Below are positions 62,634 through 64,000 of a DNA stretch of 64,000 nucleotides, piece by piece. Where the stretch lies: positions 1 to 64,000 of IMG/VR virus record IMGVR_UViG_3300017560_000009. The stretch is one strand, 5' to 3'. The notes below the pieces were generated by a model. The model was not told the origin of the DNA. It saw nothing but the letters and a program-made list of their open reading frames with translations, and did not search any database. This stretch comes from a virus. Its lineage: Duplodnaviria; Caudoviricetes. The first letter of the stretch is position 1. Each line of letters begins with the position of its first letter. The translations under genes and the position numbers were made by a program.

Positions 62634-63573
62634 CGTCAGCTCCCTGTTCAAGCGCATAATGCATGCCAGCCTGCGGCACGGCGCTTTGACCATCGTAGCT
62701 TGGCGTTCCATCTTGAACGTAGACGGTGGCAGCTTCCAGCTGCTGACGACCTTCGCGGATCTCCATCTCGCGTTCGACCCAGAGATCCGGGTTGATCTCG
62801 TCCACGATGTGACGACGCACAAGATTGGAGAGGTAGCGCGGCTCCAGCGCGTCCAGCTCCCACGACGATTCGCCGAACTGTTCGGCGTAGGCTTCGAACC
62901 GGGCATCCGTCGTCTTGGCCGGGTTCTCGGGAGGATTCTGTTCTTCGACCTGGGCCATGTTGAGCGCGAGACGGCGCAGCTCGAAACGGTAGCCGGCGAA
63001 GATCTCCAGGCGCTCGGTGAGGTCGCGGGTCATGTCGATGCCCGAGGGGTCGTGGTCGCCCAGGTGCAGGATCAACGAGCGCTGACGGCGCAACGTGGTC
63101 TCGGCGAAGTCGCGCAGCACGGTGGAGGATGGGTAGCCACGGGCCGCGAGGATCGGCACGCCGAAGCGATGGCACACATCCGTGAGCACGCCCACCAGTG
63201 CTTCCTTCTCGATGATCACGAACACGCGGCGCGGCTGGTTGGCCCACATATCCATGTAGAACTGCTGGGCGCAAGCCTTGACCATGGAGGCGGGTGTGGA
63301 CCACGTACCACGCCGCTGGAATTCGCGGGTCCGGTCTTCGAACCAGTCCCAGTCCAACAGGCCGGCCATCTTGGCTTCATTGATCAAGTCGGCCACGCGC
63401 TTATAGCTGCGCATCGTGTTCTCGACGTGGCCACGGGCCACCAGCTGGTAGTAGGCCTGACGAGTCGTGAGGATCAGACCCATCGTTTCGTACTCGCGGC
63501 CGATGTCGTGGATGATGTTGATCAATGCCAGCGACTCGGCACGGAACTTCTTGTCTTTATAGGCCTGCTTCAT
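62617..63573 (-). CDS. Spo11/topoisomerase VI-A-like protein (winged helix plus TOPRIM)
   Basis: LTTRQAYYQL (63448-63468) resembles the Spo11/Top6A T-x-R-x-x-Y-Y motif; IIEKEAL (TOPRIM Glu), RGYPS, GDHDPSG (DxD). Confidence 0.75.
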   Translation of the reverse strand: MKQAYKDKKFRAESLALINIIHDIGREYETMGLILTTRQAYYQLVARGHVENTMRSYKRVADLINEAKMAGLLDWDWFEDRTREFQRRGTWSTPASMVKACAQQFYMDMWANQPRRVFVIIEKEALVGVLTDVCHRFGVPILAARGYPSSTVLRDFAETTLRRQRSLILHLGDHDPSGIDMTRDLTERLEIFAGYRFELRRLALNMAQVEEQNPPENPAKTTDARFEAYAEQFGESSWELDALEPRYLSNLVRRHIVDEINPDLWVEREMEIREGRQQLEAATVYVQDGTPSYDGQSAVPQAGMHYALEQGADDDDEA

Positions 63574-64000
63574 TTCAGCTTCTCCATGATGACTTCGATA
63601 GCCTGCATGCAGCGCGGCACGTCGAACATTGCGAAATGGCATTCAGCGGCTGAGATGCCCATGGCCTTGCCAAGCCATGCGTAGGCCTCGCTGCGGTCCT
63701 TGAACGGTGCGCGGGTATGTGAGGGCCAGTGCAGCTTGTTGAAGTGGCTCTTGGCCACTTTGCGGGCTTCCCGGATCTCGAACGTGGCCAACGTGCCGAG
63801 GGGAATGCCAGTGAACGGGTGGAGACCGACATACGCACCGCAGTGCTCGTTGCGGCACAGGAATACCCAGGGCCAGTCCCCGTACTCCATGCCGTTGTAG
63901 ATCTCGGAATTCTTGACGCACTCGACCTTTCCGCCGCAGTGCGGGCAGACGGTCGGCGCAGGCAGAGGGTCTTTCACCCTCGCTACAGCCTTGCGGCTGG
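63570..64000 (-). CDS. DUF3268-like zinc-finger protein, start probably beyond the window
   Basis: CPHCG...LC....CGAYVGLH...PLGTLA...AYAWL...CHFAMFD; the frame stays open (SRKAVARVKDP) to the window edge. Confidence 0.75.
   Translation of the reverse strand, partial: SRKAVARVKDPLPAPTVCPHCGGKVECVKNSEIYNGMEYGDWPWVFLCRNEHCGAYVGLHPFTGIPLGTLATFEIREARKVAKSHFNKLHWPSHTRAPFKDRSEAYAWLGKAMGISAAECHFAMFDVPRCMQAIEVIMEKLK

Noticed and set aside
1-64000. CRISPR array, tRNA genes, integrase/att sites
   Set aside because: No regularly spaced repeat-spacer array, cloverleaf or recombinase motif was recognised by eye; tRNAscan-SE would be the decisive check for tRNAs.

Overview
This window is most of a lytic-type tailed dsDNA phage genome (Caudoviricetes, GC-rich, siphovirus-like, probably with a proteobacterial host; host and taxonomy are inference). 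It has three parts. (1) At 1-3428, the 3' end of an AP2-domain gene converges on a primase-helicase and a helical hypothetical gene (- strand). (2) At 3601-39075 (+) lies the late region: GpA-like terminase, portal, protease/scaffold, capsid, neck, tail tube, chaperone with a likely -1 frameshift, and a tape measure with an SLT domain. It continues with a lambda-like tail tip (M/L/NlpC/JAB/I/J), a first fibre module, GH19 endolysin/holin/spanins and a second fibre module. (3) At 39136-64000 (-) lie replication, nucleotide-metabolism and early genes: dNMP kinase, ThyX, MazG-like, SbcC/SbcD-like, DEDD exonuclease, RecU-like resolvase, ATP ligase, HD protein, PolA, PanD, 5'-3' exonuclease, SSB-like, SF2 helicase, KTSC, two secreted proteins, a Spo11/TopoVI-A-like protein and DUF3268. 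The standout is the first fibre module. A tail-fibre protein ends in NCNCDCNCS immediately followed by a Hint domain that lacks the terminal His-Asn, and two genes downstream, in an overlapping gene chain, is a radical SAM enzyme with a complete SPASM motif. This is a candidate post-translational maturation system for a virion fibre. Other leads are a 186-nt intergenic element closed by a perfect 20-bp inverted repeat that overlaps a terminator, a phage panD next to PolA, a pair of secreted low-complexity proteins, and a stand-alone Spo11-like gene. No integrase, CRISPR array or tRNA was recognised. All family assignments come from motif recognition by eye; no database searches were run.
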